Part shown: positions 52,355-62,555 of the stretch, one piece after another
Position numbering within the stretch: the stretch's first letter is position 1
How the letters are laid out: each line of letters begins with the position of its first letter
Assembly (NCBI GenBank): GCA_963841915.1
Contig: CAWJEN010000005.1
Coordinates: forward strand, 800,001 to 864,000
DNA length: 64,000 nucleotides
Direction of reading: 5' to 3'
Origin: an uncultured Planctomycetota bacterium
GTDB taxonomy: Bacteria; Planctomycetota; Phycisphaerae; Tepidisphaerales; Tepidisphaeraceae
The notes under the pieces: generated by a model
The model's input: only the letters and a program-made list of their open reading frames with translations
Database searches by the model: none
What the model was told of the DNA's origin: nothing
Position numbers and translations under genes: made by a program

Positions 52355-53602
52355 ATGTTGACGTACGTCATTCGCCGCCTGCTCCTGTTCGTGCCGACGA
52401 TTCTCGGCGCGACGTTGCTCGTATTCACGCTGCTTTTCTACGCGCCGGGTGCGATTACCGACACAGTCGCCGACGCAGGCGGAAACATGCGGCCTGAAGC
52501 CCGGGCGGCGAAAGAGGCCTACATCAACGAGCGGTTCGGCCTGAACGATCCGTTCATCCTGCAGTACCTCCGGTGGCTCAACAACGCCTCGCCGATCGGC
52601 CTGCACATGCACCGGTACAACGACCCGGATGTCGTGGCCGTACGTGAGAAGCGTCGGGAATTTGAAGCTCCACTGCGAGCCGAACTGCTGGCGGAGAACC
52701 CGTCGATGCCGTACGAGGAGCAGCGGGACAAGCTGCAAGCCGCCGCCGACGAGGCAGGCAAGTCGTTTACACCGGAGGCGGGCGACTTTCGCTTTGACAA
52801 GCTGCCGATCAAGGTGCCAGACCTTGGGTACAGCTTTGTGTTCCAGAGGCCGTCGATCGATCTCATTGCCGAGCGGTTGCCGATCACGCTGCTGCTCAAC
52901 GCGATTTCACTGCCGCTGGCGATAGGGGTGAGCATCGTCACGGGCGTCTGGTCGGCCAAGCATCGAGGCGGCTGGCAGGACCTTCTCAGCGGGTTCGTCC
53001 TGCTGGCGCTTTACAGCCTGCCCGTCATTTGGATCGGCGTGATGCTGATCGGCTTTCTGGCCAACGCTCAGCAGTATTTCGGCCTCTTCCCGCCGGGCGA
53101 GCTGGTGTCGCTAGCGGGCGAAAGCCAGCCGTTCCTGCCGAGTACCGGGCCCGACGGAGCGTTTCGCGTGGGTTACCTGCTCGACACCGCCTGGCACCTG
53201 GTGTTGCCTGTCATTTGCCTGAGCTATACGCAGTTTGCCTACCTGAGCAAGCTCAGCCGCACCAGCCTCCTGGAAGTGCTCGGCAGCGACTACGTCCGCA
53301 CTGCCCGTGCCAAAGGCCTGTCGGCCCGCGTCGTTCTGTGGCGACACGCGTTCCGCAATGCGCTCGGGCCGATCATCACTTTTCTGGCGGCGTTGCTGCC
53401 GGCCATCATCGTGGGCAGCGTCGTCGTCGAGCGCATCTTTACCATCGGCGGCATGGGCGACCTGGCGATCGAGTCGCTGCTTCGGCGTGATCGCGAGTTG
53501 TTCCTGAGTCTGTCGCTCGTCACGCTCCTGCTGACAATCGCCAGCTACCTCATCGCCGACCTGGCCTATGCCGCGGCTGACCCTCGGGTGACTTACGACT
53601 AA
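52355..53602 (+). CDS. ABC permease (DppB/OppB family)
   Basis: YVIRRLL, DLGYSF and DYVRTARAKGL...HAFRNAL. Confidence 0.92.
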   Translation: MLTYVIRRLLLFVPTILGATLLVFTLLFYAPGAITDTVADAGGNMRPEARAAKEAYINERFGLNDPFILQYLRWLNNASPIGLHMHRYNDPDVVAVREKRREFEAPLRAELLAENPSMPYEEQRDKLQAAADEAGKSFTPEAGDFRFDKLPIKVPDLGYSFVFQRPSIDLIAERLPITLLLNAISLPLAIGVSIVTGVWSAKHRGGWQDLLSGFVLLALYSLPVIWIGVMLIGFLANAQQYFGLFPPGELVSLAGESQPFLPSTGPDGAFRVGYLLDTAWHLVLPVICLSYTQFAYLSKLSRTSLLEVLGSDYVRTARAKGLSARVVLWRHAFRNALGPIITFLAALLPAIIVGSVVVERIFTIGGMGDLAIESLLRRDRELFLSLSLVTLLLTIASYLIADLAYAAADPRVTYD

Positions 53603-53608
53603 CTGCCG

Positions 53609-54883
53609 ATGACGCTCGACGCTACCGAAGCTCGCCAGCCCCAGACGCCCGACCCGGCCTACGCCGCAGTAGAGGATGCTGCGCGTCGCGAACAGGGCGG
53701 GCGTTCGTTGTGGATCGTCGCCATGATCGACGCCTCAAAGCGGCCGACGGCCCGGATCGGACTGATCTGGGTCGTCATGCTGCTGCTCGTGGCGATTTTT
53801 GCTCCATTTTTGGCCAACACGCGACCGCTGTTGGCCAGAACCGCCGACGGTTGGACCTCGCCGGCATGGGCCGGGTTGACGTTTGTCGACATCGCGCTGC
53901 CGTTGACGTTGCTGGGCCTGATCGGCCTCTTTTTCTTCGCGAGACGTTGGGGCAATCTTCGACCGCTCGCGACGCTCGGCATCGCGCTGGGCGTGGTGGC
54001 TGCATCTTTCTTCGTCGGCATGGTCATCGCCGACCCGCCGCGTGTCGAGCAGTATTCTCACTACCGCGCAGTGGGCGAGTACGAGTCTGTGATTCTTGCA
54101 CCGGTGCCTTACAGCCCAAATGACACGCTGCGAGACTTGGGCCGGGCTCGCACCGCAGCGCCGTTCTGGCTGCCTAACGAGAATGCCAAAAACCTGCAGA
54201 GCAAGCACTGGCTCGGCACGACCATCAACGGCGAAGACATGGCAAGCCGCATGATTCACGCGACGCGGGTCGCATTAGCGATCGGCTTTGTCGCGACCGG
54301 CATCTCGACGATCATCGGCATCGCCGTTGGCGCCGTCATGGGCTACGCGGGCGGCACCGTGGATCTGCTGGCAATGCGATTCGTGGAAATCGTCCAAGCC
54401 ATCCCGGTGCTGATCATTCTGCTCATCGTCATGACGTTCTACGGCAAGAACATCTGGCTCATGATGGCGACGATCGGCGTGATGAGCTGGACCGGCGACG
54501 CGCGGTTCATCAGGGCCGAATTCCTGCGGCTTCGCAACCAGGAATTCGTTCAGGCAGCCCGTGCGGCGGGCCTGCCGACTTGGAGCCTGCTGTTTCGCCA
54601 CATGCTGCCCAATGGCATCGCGCCGGTCCTGGTCAACGCCTCCTTCGGCATCGCATCGGCCATCCTGCTCGAAAGCACGCTTAGCTTTCTCGGCCTCGGC
54701 CTTGAGGCCGTCGACCCTTCGTGGGGTGCGCTCCTGAACCAGGCCCGCAGTGGCGGCAGCGGCTTTAACTGGTGGATCGCAGCCTTCCCGGGGCTTGCGA
54801 TCTTCCTGACCGTGTTCGCTTACATCCTCATCGGCGAAAGCCTGCGTGATGCCCTCGATCCGAAGCTGAAGAAGGTCGGATGA
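53609..54883 (+). CDS. ABC permease (DppC/OppC family)
   Basis: HWLGT..GEDM.SR, ARFIRAEFLRLR and ESTLSFLGLG. Confidence 0.92.
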   Translation: MTLDATEARQPQTPDPAYAAVEDAARREQGGRSLWIVAMIDASKRPTARIGLIWVVMLLLVAIFAPFLANTRPLLARTADGWTSPAWAGLTFVDIALPLTLLGLIGLFFFARRWGNLRPLATLGIALGVVAASFFVGMVIADPPRVEQYSHYRAVGEYESVILAPVPYSPNDTLRDLGRARTAAPFWLPNENAKNLQSKHWLGTTINGEDMASRMIHATRVALAIGFVATGISTIIGIAVGAVMGYAGGTVDLLAMRFVEIVQAIPVLIILLIVMTFYGKNIWLMMATIGVMSWTGDARFIRAEFLRLRNQEFVQAARAAGLPTWSLLFRHMLPNGIAPVLVNASFGIASAILLESTLSFLGLGLEAVDPSWGALLNQARSGGSGFNWWIAAFPGLAIFLTVFAYILIGESLRDALDPKLKKVG

Positions 54884-54906
54884 GCGGCTCTTGGGAGCAA
54901 AGTCAC

Positions 54907-56286
54907 TCAAGTAGCTTTGCCATCTGAGCCAAACACGTGTTGCAGGATCACTTCGTGGACCTGCGTGCTGTCGAGTCGATCTGCTGTCGGCCCGAGCTTG
55001 GTCATGAGCAGCGGCCCTTCATCGACTTGGACGTCAGCCAGGCCGTGGCTGCCGCGGACGAGGGTGGCATCGAGCGGGATGACGTCGAGCAGGTTGCGAA
55101 TGCCAGCCTTTCTTGCGGCCAGCTTTGCCAGAAGGCGAGGCTTGGTGAGGCGGCCGGGGGCAAGGAACAGCTCGACCGGGTCGTATCCCGGTTTTCGGTG
55201 GATGTCGACGGTCCGGGCGTAGTCGGGGGCGAGCGTGTCGTCGTGCCAGAAGTAGTACGTAAACCAGCAGCCAGGCTCAGCGAGGCAGACGAGCTCGCCG
55301 CTGCGCGGGTGGTCCAAGTCGCCCCGGTCACGACCGGCAAGGACGCGACCGACGCCGGGCGTTGCTTGGAGTCGCTTGTGCACGTCTGACAGGTCTGCCG
55401 GGTCGCGCACGTACACGTGAGCAACCTGGTGATCTGCGACTGCAAAGGCCCGCGACGCACCAGCGTCGAGTCGCTCCGTGCCCAACTCGCTCCGCACCGA
55501 CAGGAAGCCGCCGTCACGCAGGACGCGATTCAGGTGGACCGGCGTGTCGACCGCCGCAACGCCGTACTCGCTGAGGATGATGACGCTGGTCCCGCGTGCT
55601 TCGTAGTGGTCCAGCAACCGTCCGACAACGGTGTCAATCTCGGCAAGCTCTTTGTTCAGAAACGGTGTCAAACCGGGCCCTTGTTTCTGCAGCGCGTAAT
55701 CGAGGTGCGGCAGATACACGAGCGTCAGCGTCGGATCGTGCTGCTCGTCGAGACGAATGGCGGCATCGGCGATCCAACGGGAGCAGGCGATGTCGGCAGC
55801 GGGTCCCCAGAACTTGAACAGTGGGAATCGCCCCAGCTCGGCCTGCAGCGAGTCCCGAAGGTCAGGCGGGTGGGCCCAGACGTCCGGCACCTTCCGCCCG
55901 TCGGCCGGGTACATCGGTCGCGGCGTCACGGTGTAGTTGGCCCTGCAATACATCGCGTACCACCAGAACAGATTTGCACACGTGAACGCCTGATCCCGTC
56001 GTTTGCCCTCCTCCCAAATGCGTGGCGACTGCACCAAACCGTCGGCCTGCTGCCACAGGCGAATCTCCTGCGTGTCGCGGAAGTACCAACCATTGCCGAC
56101 GATGCCGTGCTCGCGTGGCGACATGCCGGTGAGGTAATTCGCCTGAGCCGTGCACGTCACGGCCGGCGTCGCCGATCGAATCGTCGCCAAGTGTCCGGCG
56201 TCGTAGAACGCCTTGAGCCGCGGCGTGCTGTCGCCGATGAGCGACGGCGTCAGACCCACGACGTTGAGGACGACCGTCTTGTGCAC
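54907..56286 (-). CDS. Alkaline phosphatase/nucleotide pyrophosphatase family protein (EboF-like)
   Basis: VVLNVVGLT, PAVTC.AQ, HGIVGNGWYFR, YLPHLDY, LSEYG and VDIHRKPGYDPVELF. Confidence 0.85.
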   Translation of the reverse strand: MHKTVVLNVVGLTPSLIGDSTPRLKAFYDAGHLATIRSATPAVTCTAQANYLTGMSPREHGIVGNGWYFRDTQEIRLWQQADGLVQSPRIWEEGKRRDQAFTCANLFWWYAMYCRANYTVTPRPMYPADGRKVPDVWAHPPDLRDSLQAELGRFPLFKFWGPAADIACSRWIADAAIRLDEQHDPTLTLVYLPHLDYALQKQGPGLTPFLNKELAEIDTVVGRLLDHYEARGTSVIILSEYGVAAVDTPVHLNRVLRDGGFLSVRSELGTERLDAGASRAFAVADHQVAHVYVRDPADLSDVHKRLQATPGVGRVLAGRDRGDLDHPRSGELVCLAEPGCWFTYYFWHDDTLAPDYARTVDIHRKPGYDPVELFLAPGRLTKPRLLAKLAARKAGIRNLLDVIPLDATLVRGSHGLADVQVDEGPLLMTKLGPTADRLDSTQVHEVILQHVFGSDGKAT

Positions 56287-56361
56287 GTTGAACTTTAAGC
56301 ACAGCTCAGCTGGCGGGTCGGTGGTGCCCGAGTGGGCTCAGGCCGCTACACTGCCTCACCC

Positions 56362-57003
56362 ATGGCCTGGATTGCCGAAGATACACGTCGTACGCGGGTC
56401 GAGGCGGGCGAGCCGCTTCTGACCGAAAAGCTCAAGTCGCACCTGCGCGACGTCCACTTCCCGCGCTACCCGACCAAGCGGGCGTGTCTGCTGCCCGCGT
56501 TGCACCTCGTGCAGCACGAATACGGCCACATCGACCCCAAAGCGCTGCAAGAAATCGGCGAGTTCCTGGAGGTCGCACCTGCTGAGGTTTTCGACACGGC
56601 CACGTTCTACGAAGAGTACTGGCTGCGACCCAAGGGCAAGTACCTTGTCGCTATCTGCCGCAGTCTTGCCTGTGAGATCACCGGGGCCAACGACATCATC
56701 GAAGGCCTGATGGAGAAGATGGAGCTGCTCGACGTCGGGGAGACGACCGACGACGGCCGATTCACGCTCGTCGCCCTGGAGTGTCTTGGCTCCTGCGGCA
56801 CGGCACCGGTCGCACTCGTCAACGATGTCCTCCACGAAGACATCACGCTCGATTCGATCAGCTCGTTCATCGAGGGGCTGCCCGACGACCCGCACGATTA
56901 CGCCGATCCTTCAGTCGATTTCGAGGTGCCGCACGACAACCCGCCTAACGCGGCGACAACGCACCCGGACGGGGCCAATCTGGCACCGGCCGGTGGCGGT
57001 TAG
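56362..57003 (+). CDS. nuoE: NADH-quinone oxidoreductase subunit E
   Basis: LLPALHLVQ, ATFY and the 2Fe-2S ligands CRSLAC and ECLGSC..AP. Confidence 0.92.
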   Translation: MAWIAEDTRRTRVEAGEPLLTEKLKSHLRDVHFPRYPTKRACLLPALHLVQHEYGHIDPKALQEIGEFLEVAPAEVFDTATFYEEYWLRPKGKYLVAICRSLACEITGANDIIEGLMEKMELLDVGETTDDGRFTLVALECLGSCGTAPVALVNDVLHEDITLDSISSFIEGLPDDPHDYADPSVDFEVPHDNPPNAATTHPDGANLAPAGGG

Positions 57004-58577
57004 GCCGCTCGGGCAATGAGTTCGCCGCAGCCCGGTAGAAGCGACTGCACGGCCAATTTCAGATCGCCGCTGTGCGACATTTCACCGTCCGCGGCTGCAA
57101 TTCTGCTGGAGAACGTCGCTGCGTCGCATCGCCTTGCCGCGATGATCGGCAATCCGAGTGACGAGATGGCCGCAAGGCCGTTCGGCGTCGGATCGATGAC
57201 GGCTGCGTGACGTTCTGCCAAGGCTTTGAGCTCATTCAATGTAGCTGACGTGACCACCGTCACGCCCTTGCACCACCTGGCGGCCAAAGCAATGCCGCGA
57301 GCGAAGGCCGGCGTGACGAGGCGCTCGATCCACATCGCCGCATCGACGTCGACCAGCGCGATGTTGGCCGCTGACAGACGCTTCGTCAGGTAGCCCGCCG
57401 CACCACCAGCGGCTGTCACGGCAAAAGGCTCGTCGGCAAGCTCGGCGGAAATGCAGGCCCAGATCGTGCCAAGACTGCTGTACTGCTTGACCGACTCCGG
57501 CGGCGTCGGCTCGCGTGCTTCCCAAGCCAGCAACACGCCCGAGTCGCCGGACGCTTCTGTCAGGTGCGGCCACCCGGCGACGGTCACGCGGTCGGGTGAC
57601 CAACCTGCCGCGACCCAGGCGGGCACCCAGGCCGCGTCGGCGAGCACCAAACCGTCACCGGTGGCACGCGATGGCACAGGAGCACGGTCGCGGCTGATCC
57701 AGGAAATGATCGGCGTAGCCGGCATCCAGTCGCCGATGTCATTGCGGGTGACGTCACAAAGCACCACGCTCGACGCCGCGGCGGCGGCGTCAGTGAGGAA
57801 CAGCGTCGAGGCTGTCTTCGGGTCGTACGGGTCGAGCCGTTTGCCGCCGAGGCAAGCCGCCAACCGTTCACCGGCGTCGGCCCACAATGCCCCGCCCGAC
57901 GCAGCAACGACGAGCGTCTTGCCATCAACAGCCCTAGTGGAGCACCCTGCGGCCTGTACCGCCGCTTGGCGGTAGGTTGACGCTTCTTCGAGTGCTGCCT
58001 TCGTCTCCTGAAGCAACGCCTTGACGCTCGGGCCCTGCACCGCCTCGGTGTCGGCTGCCAAGTGCAGCGTCGTCGGCACCGCCCACCCCGGCCGCCCGTG
58101 GGCAGTCGAGACGATCCCTGATAATCCGCTGAAGCACAACAGGCGACCGGCGACGATGTCTTCTGACACGTCGCCGCACGACAAGGCGCGCAGCATCGCG
58201 TCATCGTCCGGCCATACCACGCTCAAACTGCCGCCCGCGGGCAGCTTGCCGAGGAGCGCGACGACGTGGCCCAGCGTGTTGGGCGCGACGAGCGCAATCG
58301 AGCTGCCTGCACCGTTGGCATCGGCGGTGACGTCGCTCATCATCGACAGGCCGACGAGTCGGGGCATCGACGTGCCACCGAGCCACAAGCCGTCGCGACG
58401 CCCGGTCAGACTGCCGTCGCGGCCGTAGGTCCACGTCACGTCGGCCGGTGACGGGGCGTCTGGTAGTCCGAGCGCATGAAGGTTTGCCGACAGGGCAGAT
58501 CGAGCGGCTATGGAAGCGGATGGGCGCACCTTCGAGCTATCGGACGTCGCTTTGCCTGAGCGTGAGACGCGTGACAT
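57000..58577 (-). CDS. Hypothetical protein
   Basis: Long ORF filling the gap between nuoE and the epimerase; no family recognised. Confidence 0.65.
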   Translation of the reverse strand: MSRVSRSGKATSDSSKVRPSASIAARSALSANLHALGLPDAPSPADVTWTYGRDGSLTGRRDGLWLGGTSMPRLVGLSMMSDVTADANGAGSSIALVAPNTLGHVVALLGKLPAGGSLSVVWPDDDAMLRALSCGDVSEDIVAGRLLCFSGLSGIVSTAHGRPGWAVPTTLHLAADTEAVQGPSVKALLQETKAALEEASTYRQAAVQAAGCSTRAVDGKTLVVAASGGALWADAGERLAACLGGKRLDPYDPKTASTLFLTDAAAAASSVVLCDVTRNDIGDWMPATPIISWISRDRAPVPSRATGDGLVLADAAWVPAWVAAGWSPDRVTVAGWPHLTEASGDSGVLLAWEAREPTPPESVKQYSSLGTIWACISAELADEPFAVTAAGGAAGYLTKRLSAANIALVDVDAAMWIERLVTPAFARGIALAARWCKGVTVVTSATLNELKALAERHAAVIDPTPNGLAAISSLGLPIIAARRCDAATFSSRIAAADGEMSHSGDLKLAVQSLLPGCGELIARAA

Positions 58578-58598
58578 CGTCGCGCTACGCTGGGGCCG

Positions 58599-59549
58599 AT
58601 GAACATTGTCGTGACTGGTGGCAGCGGGAATGTGGGCAGGCCGGTCGTTCAGCGACTGACCGCCGCCGGGCACGACGTGCTGAACCTCGATAAGCGGCGT
58701 CCGCCCAAAGACGCCCCAGGCCAGTATCTGCACACGGACCTGGCTCGCCGAGATGTTCTTGAACCACGCCTCGAAGCGTTCGGCACCGAGGCCATCATCC
58801 ACCTCGGTGAGCTCCCGCACGTCGGGCACGGCGGCGAGGTCAACGTGTACGGCACGAACGCAGCATCGACCGGCACCTTGCTCGCCACGGCCTACGACCT
58901 CGGCATTCGACGAATCGTCTATTCGAGCAGCGTGCAGGTATACGGCCAATTCGGATTACATGGCTTTGGAGGCCGGTTCCGGCCTGAGCCGCTACCGCCG
59001 ATTAAGCTTCCGCTGGATGAGGACGAGCCGACGCGTCCGAGCAACGCCTATGGCGTGCAGAAGGTGGCGGCGGAGCTATTCCTGGCCGCCTTGTCGGATC
59101 GCACGGGAGGCCCATTCGGCGTGGCCATCCGGTTGCCGGGCGTCATCCACCCCGGCATGTTGCGGTGGGTTACGAAGAGACTGCAGGAGCCGCCTGTCGG
59201 CGTCTACGAGTTCGAGGCCTGGATCAGTGATACCGATGCAGCATCGGCTTTGGAGCTGGCGGTGACATGGCCCGGTGACGCCCCGCCCTGGGCCACGGGT
59301 GACGGCCAGACGGGAGAGTTCCGCGCGTTCAACGTCGCTTCGGACGACGTGACGACGGCAGAGGGCGTCAAGCCGATCGCCCAGCGGCTTCGCGAAGAAC
59401 AGCCCAAGTTCCCGCACCTCCCGAGCGACTGGCCGGCCGGGAAGGCACCGTACAGCAGCGACCGCTTCCGCGCCGCGACCGGCTGGCGGAGCGAGTACAC
59501 GCTCGACGCCCTGCAGAAAGACGCCGCCGAGCAGGAGGCAAGTCGGTAG
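58599..59549 (+). CDS. NAD-dependent epimerase/dehydratase
   Basis: VTGGSGNVG, YSSSVQVYG and YGVQK motifs. Confidence 0.9.
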   Translation: MNIVVTGGSGNVGRPVVQRLTAAGHDVLNLDKRRPPKDAPGQYLHTDLARRDVLEPRLEAFGTEAIIHLGELPHVGHGGEVNVYGTNAASTGTLLATAYDLGIRRIVYSSSVQVYGQFGLHGFGGRFRPEPLPPIKLPLDEDEPTRPSNAYGVQKVAAELFLAALSDRTGGPFGVAIRLPGVIHPGMLRWVTKRLQEPPVGVYEFEAWISDTDAASALELAVTWPGDAPPWATGDGQTGEFRAFNVASDDVTTAEGVKPIAQRLREEQPKFPHLPSDWPAGKAPYSSDRFRAATGWRSEYTLDALQKDAAEQEASR

Positions 59550-59588
59550 CCGTGCGAAACGATCGGCTTCGGGTAGAGTGTCCTGAGC

Positions 59589-60512
59589 ATGGCCGTCGCA
59601 GAAGCACCCAGCCCGTCGAAGCCGACCGCGTTGTTGCCGTTGAAGCTCGACGCCGGCTTCATGGCCAAGCTCGACAAGCTCGACCTCGTCAGCCGTAAGT
59701 TGCTTAACGGCAAGATGAAGGGCGAACGTCGCAGCAAGCGGCGTGGCCAGAGCGTCGAGTTCGCCGACTTCCGCAATTACGTCCCGGGGGATGACCTTCG
59801 CTTTATCGACTGGAATGTTTACGCACGACTCGAAAAGCTGTTCCTCAAGCTCTTCCTCGAAGAAGAGGATCTGGCCCTGTACATCCTTGTCGATGCCAGC
59901 AAAAGCACCGACTACGGCGACCCGCACAAGCTGGCGTACATGCAACGCGTCGCCGCGGCATTGGGGTACATCGGGCTCGTCAACTACAACCGCGTTCACC
60001 TGTGTGCGATAGCTGACGGCGTGGTGGCCGAGACGGGTGGCTTGCGTGGCCGCCGCAGCGTGCCGCGAATGATCGAGTTCCTCGACGGCCTGAAACCCGA
60101 TGGCACGAGCGACTTCGCAGAAGCCTGCCGCAAGTTCGCCCTCCGCCATCGCAACAAAGGCGTCTGCGTCGTCCTCAGCGACTTTTTCGACAAGGCGGGC
60201 TATGACAACGGCCTCCGCTACGTCGCCAACACGCGGTACGACCTGTTCGCCCTGCAGGTCTTGAGTCCGCAGGAGATTGAACCGACGTTTACGGGTGACT
60301 TGCGGTTGATCGACATGGAGGACAAGGACCACGCCGAGGTGAGCGTCAATCCGCCGCTGATTAAGCGCTACAAGGCCAACCTCAACGCTTACTGCACCGG
60401 TCTGAAGGACTACGTGACCCGCCGCGGCGGGACGTACCTGTTCGCCAGCACTGAAGTGCCTTTCGAGTCACTCGTCCTGAACTATCTGCGGAAACACGCG
60501 TTGGTAGGATAA
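59589..60512 (+). CDS. DUF58 domain protein (MoxR-associated)
   Basis: GQSVEFADFRNYVPGDDLRFIDWNVYAR, LVDASKS and VLSDF. Confidence 0.92.
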   Translation: MAVAEAPSPSKPTALLPLKLDAGFMAKLDKLDLVSRKLLNGKMKGERRSKRRGQSVEFADFRNYVPGDDLRFIDWNVYARLEKLFLKLFLEEEDLALYILVDASKSTDYGDPHKLAYMQRVAAALGYIGLVNYNRVHLCAIADGVVAETGGLRGRRSVPRMIEFLDGLKPDGTSDFAEACRKFALRHRNKGVCVVLSDFFDKAGYDNGLRYVANTRYDLFALQVLSPQEIEPTFTGDLRLIDMEDKDHAEVSVNPPLIKRYKANLNAYCTGLKDYVTRRGGTYLFASTEVPFESLVLNYLRKHALVG

Positions 60513-60521
60513 AGCGACGTC

Positions 60522-61388
60522 CTACCGCAGCGATTCATCGGTCAGGACCATCACCTCGCGTAGTGCGTCCGCGTCGATCACCGTCGACAGCACGACGCGG
60601 CTGAATCCCGGCTCGCGCGGTAGCGCCTCGACCGCCGCCACCCGACCGACACGCATACCGGCCAGCAGGGCGGGCCAGTCGGCGTCATCCAACACGGCCA
60701 CGATGCCGGTGACGACGCCTGCCGCTTCGAGATCAGCCGTCCGGTGCCGCGCGATGCTCAGCCCGCCGCCCGTTCCGACGATCACGAACGGCTCGGTCGG
60801 CAGCGACAAGAGCGTGCCAGCCGTCTCGTCGAATCGGACAAACCGCGCCCCGAAAGGTCGCATTTGTTGGTCCGTTGTCAGTCGAACGCGACCAATCGGC
60901 CCAGCTGTGCTTATGACCCGACCGACGGCTGCGACATGGCCGTCGACCACGCCGACTGCCGCCTGACCCGCTTTTAAGCCACCGGCCGCTGCGATCTGCA
61001 GAACGTCGGCCTCGCCGTCCACGCGAGCGACGACAGCGGCTGGAACCATCCGGTCGCGCAAATCCGTCCCCAGCGCCGCGCGGTCGGCGTTGAGCTGTTT
61101 GAGCGATTCGAGCTGGACGTACAGCCGTTCGAGCTGCTGCCGAAGACTCTGGTTCTCGCGGGCGATGGCCGCAAGTTCGCGTGGAGCATCGGGTGACTCG
61201 GGATCCGTCGACGCGTCATCACCAAACCAGCCCGCCGCCACATCACCACCAAGCTTGGCCGGATGACTTACAGGCAGAAACACGGCCGCGACAACGGTCT
61301 GCACCACGCCAGGCACCGGCACAAGCGCCAGACCTGCCGCAGCGACAAGCAGCACCGCAAAGGTTGTCGTCGGGTTCCGCCTGGACAC
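60522..61388 (-). CDS. mreC: Rod shape-determining protein MreC (divergent)
   Basis: TM helix, coiled coil (ENQSLRQQL), AVGRV and P.G..VGRV; directly after mreB. Confidence 0.7.
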   Translation of the reverse strand: MSRRNPTTTFAVLLVAAAGLALVPVPGVVQTVVAAVFLPVSHPAKLGGDVAAGWFGDDASTDPESPDAPRELAAIARENQSLRQQLERLYVQLESLKQLNADRAALGTDLRDRMVPAAVVARVDGEADVLQIAAAGGLKAGQAAVGVVDGHVAAVGRVISTAGPIGRVRLTTDQQMRPFGARFVRFDETAGTLLSLPTEPFVIVGTGGGLSIARHRTADLEAAGVVTGIVAVLDDADWPALLAGMRVGRVAAVEALPREPGFSRVVLSTVIDADALREVMVLTDESLR

Positions 61389-61414
61389 GCCTCAGCTTAG
61401 AGCCTTCGGGTGAC

Positions 61415-62455
61415 CTAGTAGTCGTCCTCGTCCGACTCCATCGCTTGCTTGAAGATCTCCAGGTTCTCGATGAAGATCGCCGTTCCGCGGGCCACGCACG
61501 TCAGCGGGTCGTCGGCCAGGCGTGTCTCCAGGCCGGTTGCCGTTTCGATGATCTGTGGCAGGCCACGGAGCAGGGCACTACCGCCGGCCAGAGTAATACC
61601 GTTCTGCACAAGGTCTGCCGACAGCTCGGCCGGACAGACTTCGAGCGTTTTCGTCACCGCTTCGACGATTTGGCCGACAGGCTCTTGCAGGGCTTCGCGA
61701 ATCTCGGCCACGTTCACCCGTGTCCGCCGCGGCAGGCCGCCGATGAGGTCTCGGCCGCGGACTTCCATCGTCGCCTCTTCGTCGAGTCCTTCCGCCGGGG
61801 CAGCAGAGCCGATCTCGATCTTGATCTGCTCGGCCATCGTCGGGCCGATCGCCATGTTGTACGACTTCTTCATGTGCACGACAATGGCGTCGTCGAAGTC
61901 GTCACCGGCCACGCGGACGCTCTCGCTTACACTCACGTCCGCCAGCGAGATGATCGCCACGTCCGTGGTACCGCCGCCGATGTCGATGATCATCGACGCT
62001 GTCGGATCGCTCACCGGCAGGCCAGCTCCGATGGCCGCCGCAAACGGCTCTGCGACGAGATAAACGCGACGTCCTCCCGCTCGCTCTGCCGCGAGCTTGA
62101 CGGCCCGCTTCTCGACCTGCGTGATGCCACCGGGAATAGCCACAACGACGCGCGGGCTGATCCAACGCGACGCGACGGCCTTGCGAATGAAGTACCGCAA
62201 CATCGCTTCAGTGACTTCGAAGTCGCTGATCACGCCGTCCTTGAGCGGCCGAACGGCCTCGATGCCGCCCGGCGTTTTGCCGAGCATCTCCTTGGCGACG
62301 CGTCCGACGGCGTCGCCGTCACTGGTCTTCATGACCTTGCCGGTGCGTGTGTTGACCGCCACAACGCTGGGCTCGTTGAGGACAATGCCGCTCTCGCGGG
62401 TACAGACAAGGGTGTTGGCGGTGCCCAGGTCGATGCCCAGGTCCATGCTGAACAT
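61415..62455 (-). CDS. mreB: Actin-like rod shape protein MreB
   Basis: IDLGTANT, EPSVVA, RPLKDGVI.DF, DIGGGTT and GGSALL. Confidence 0.96.
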   Translation of the reverse strand: MFSMDLGIDLGTANTLVCTRESGIVLNEPSVVAVNTRTGKVMKTSDGDAVGRVAKEMLGKTPGGIEAVRPLKDGVISDFEVTEAMLRYFIRKAVASRWISPRVVVAIPGGITQVEKRAVKLAAERAGGRRVYLVAEPFAAAIGAGLPVSDPTASMIIDIGGGTTDVAIISLADVSVSESVRVAGDDFDDAIVVHMKKSYNMAIGPTMAEQIKIEIGSAAPAEGLDEEATMEVRGRDLIGGLPRRTRVNVAEIREALQEPVGQIVEAVTKTLEVCPAELSADLVQNGITLAGGSALLRGLPQIIETATGLETRLADDPLTCVARGTAIFIENLEIFKQAMESDEDDY

Positions 62456-62555
62456 TTTGAGCAAGCGGTCGAGTAGCTGCACGCGGTGGTTCTCCGGAAA
62501 ATGCCTGCTCAAACAGCACGCGTCCTGCGTGCTTCTACACGGTTAAGGTAGGAGC

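Noticed and set aside
50354..52738. 794-aa minus-strand ORF (likewise 34673-36220)
   Set aside because: Antisense shadows of the ABC binding protein and nuoD, with no recognisable motifs.
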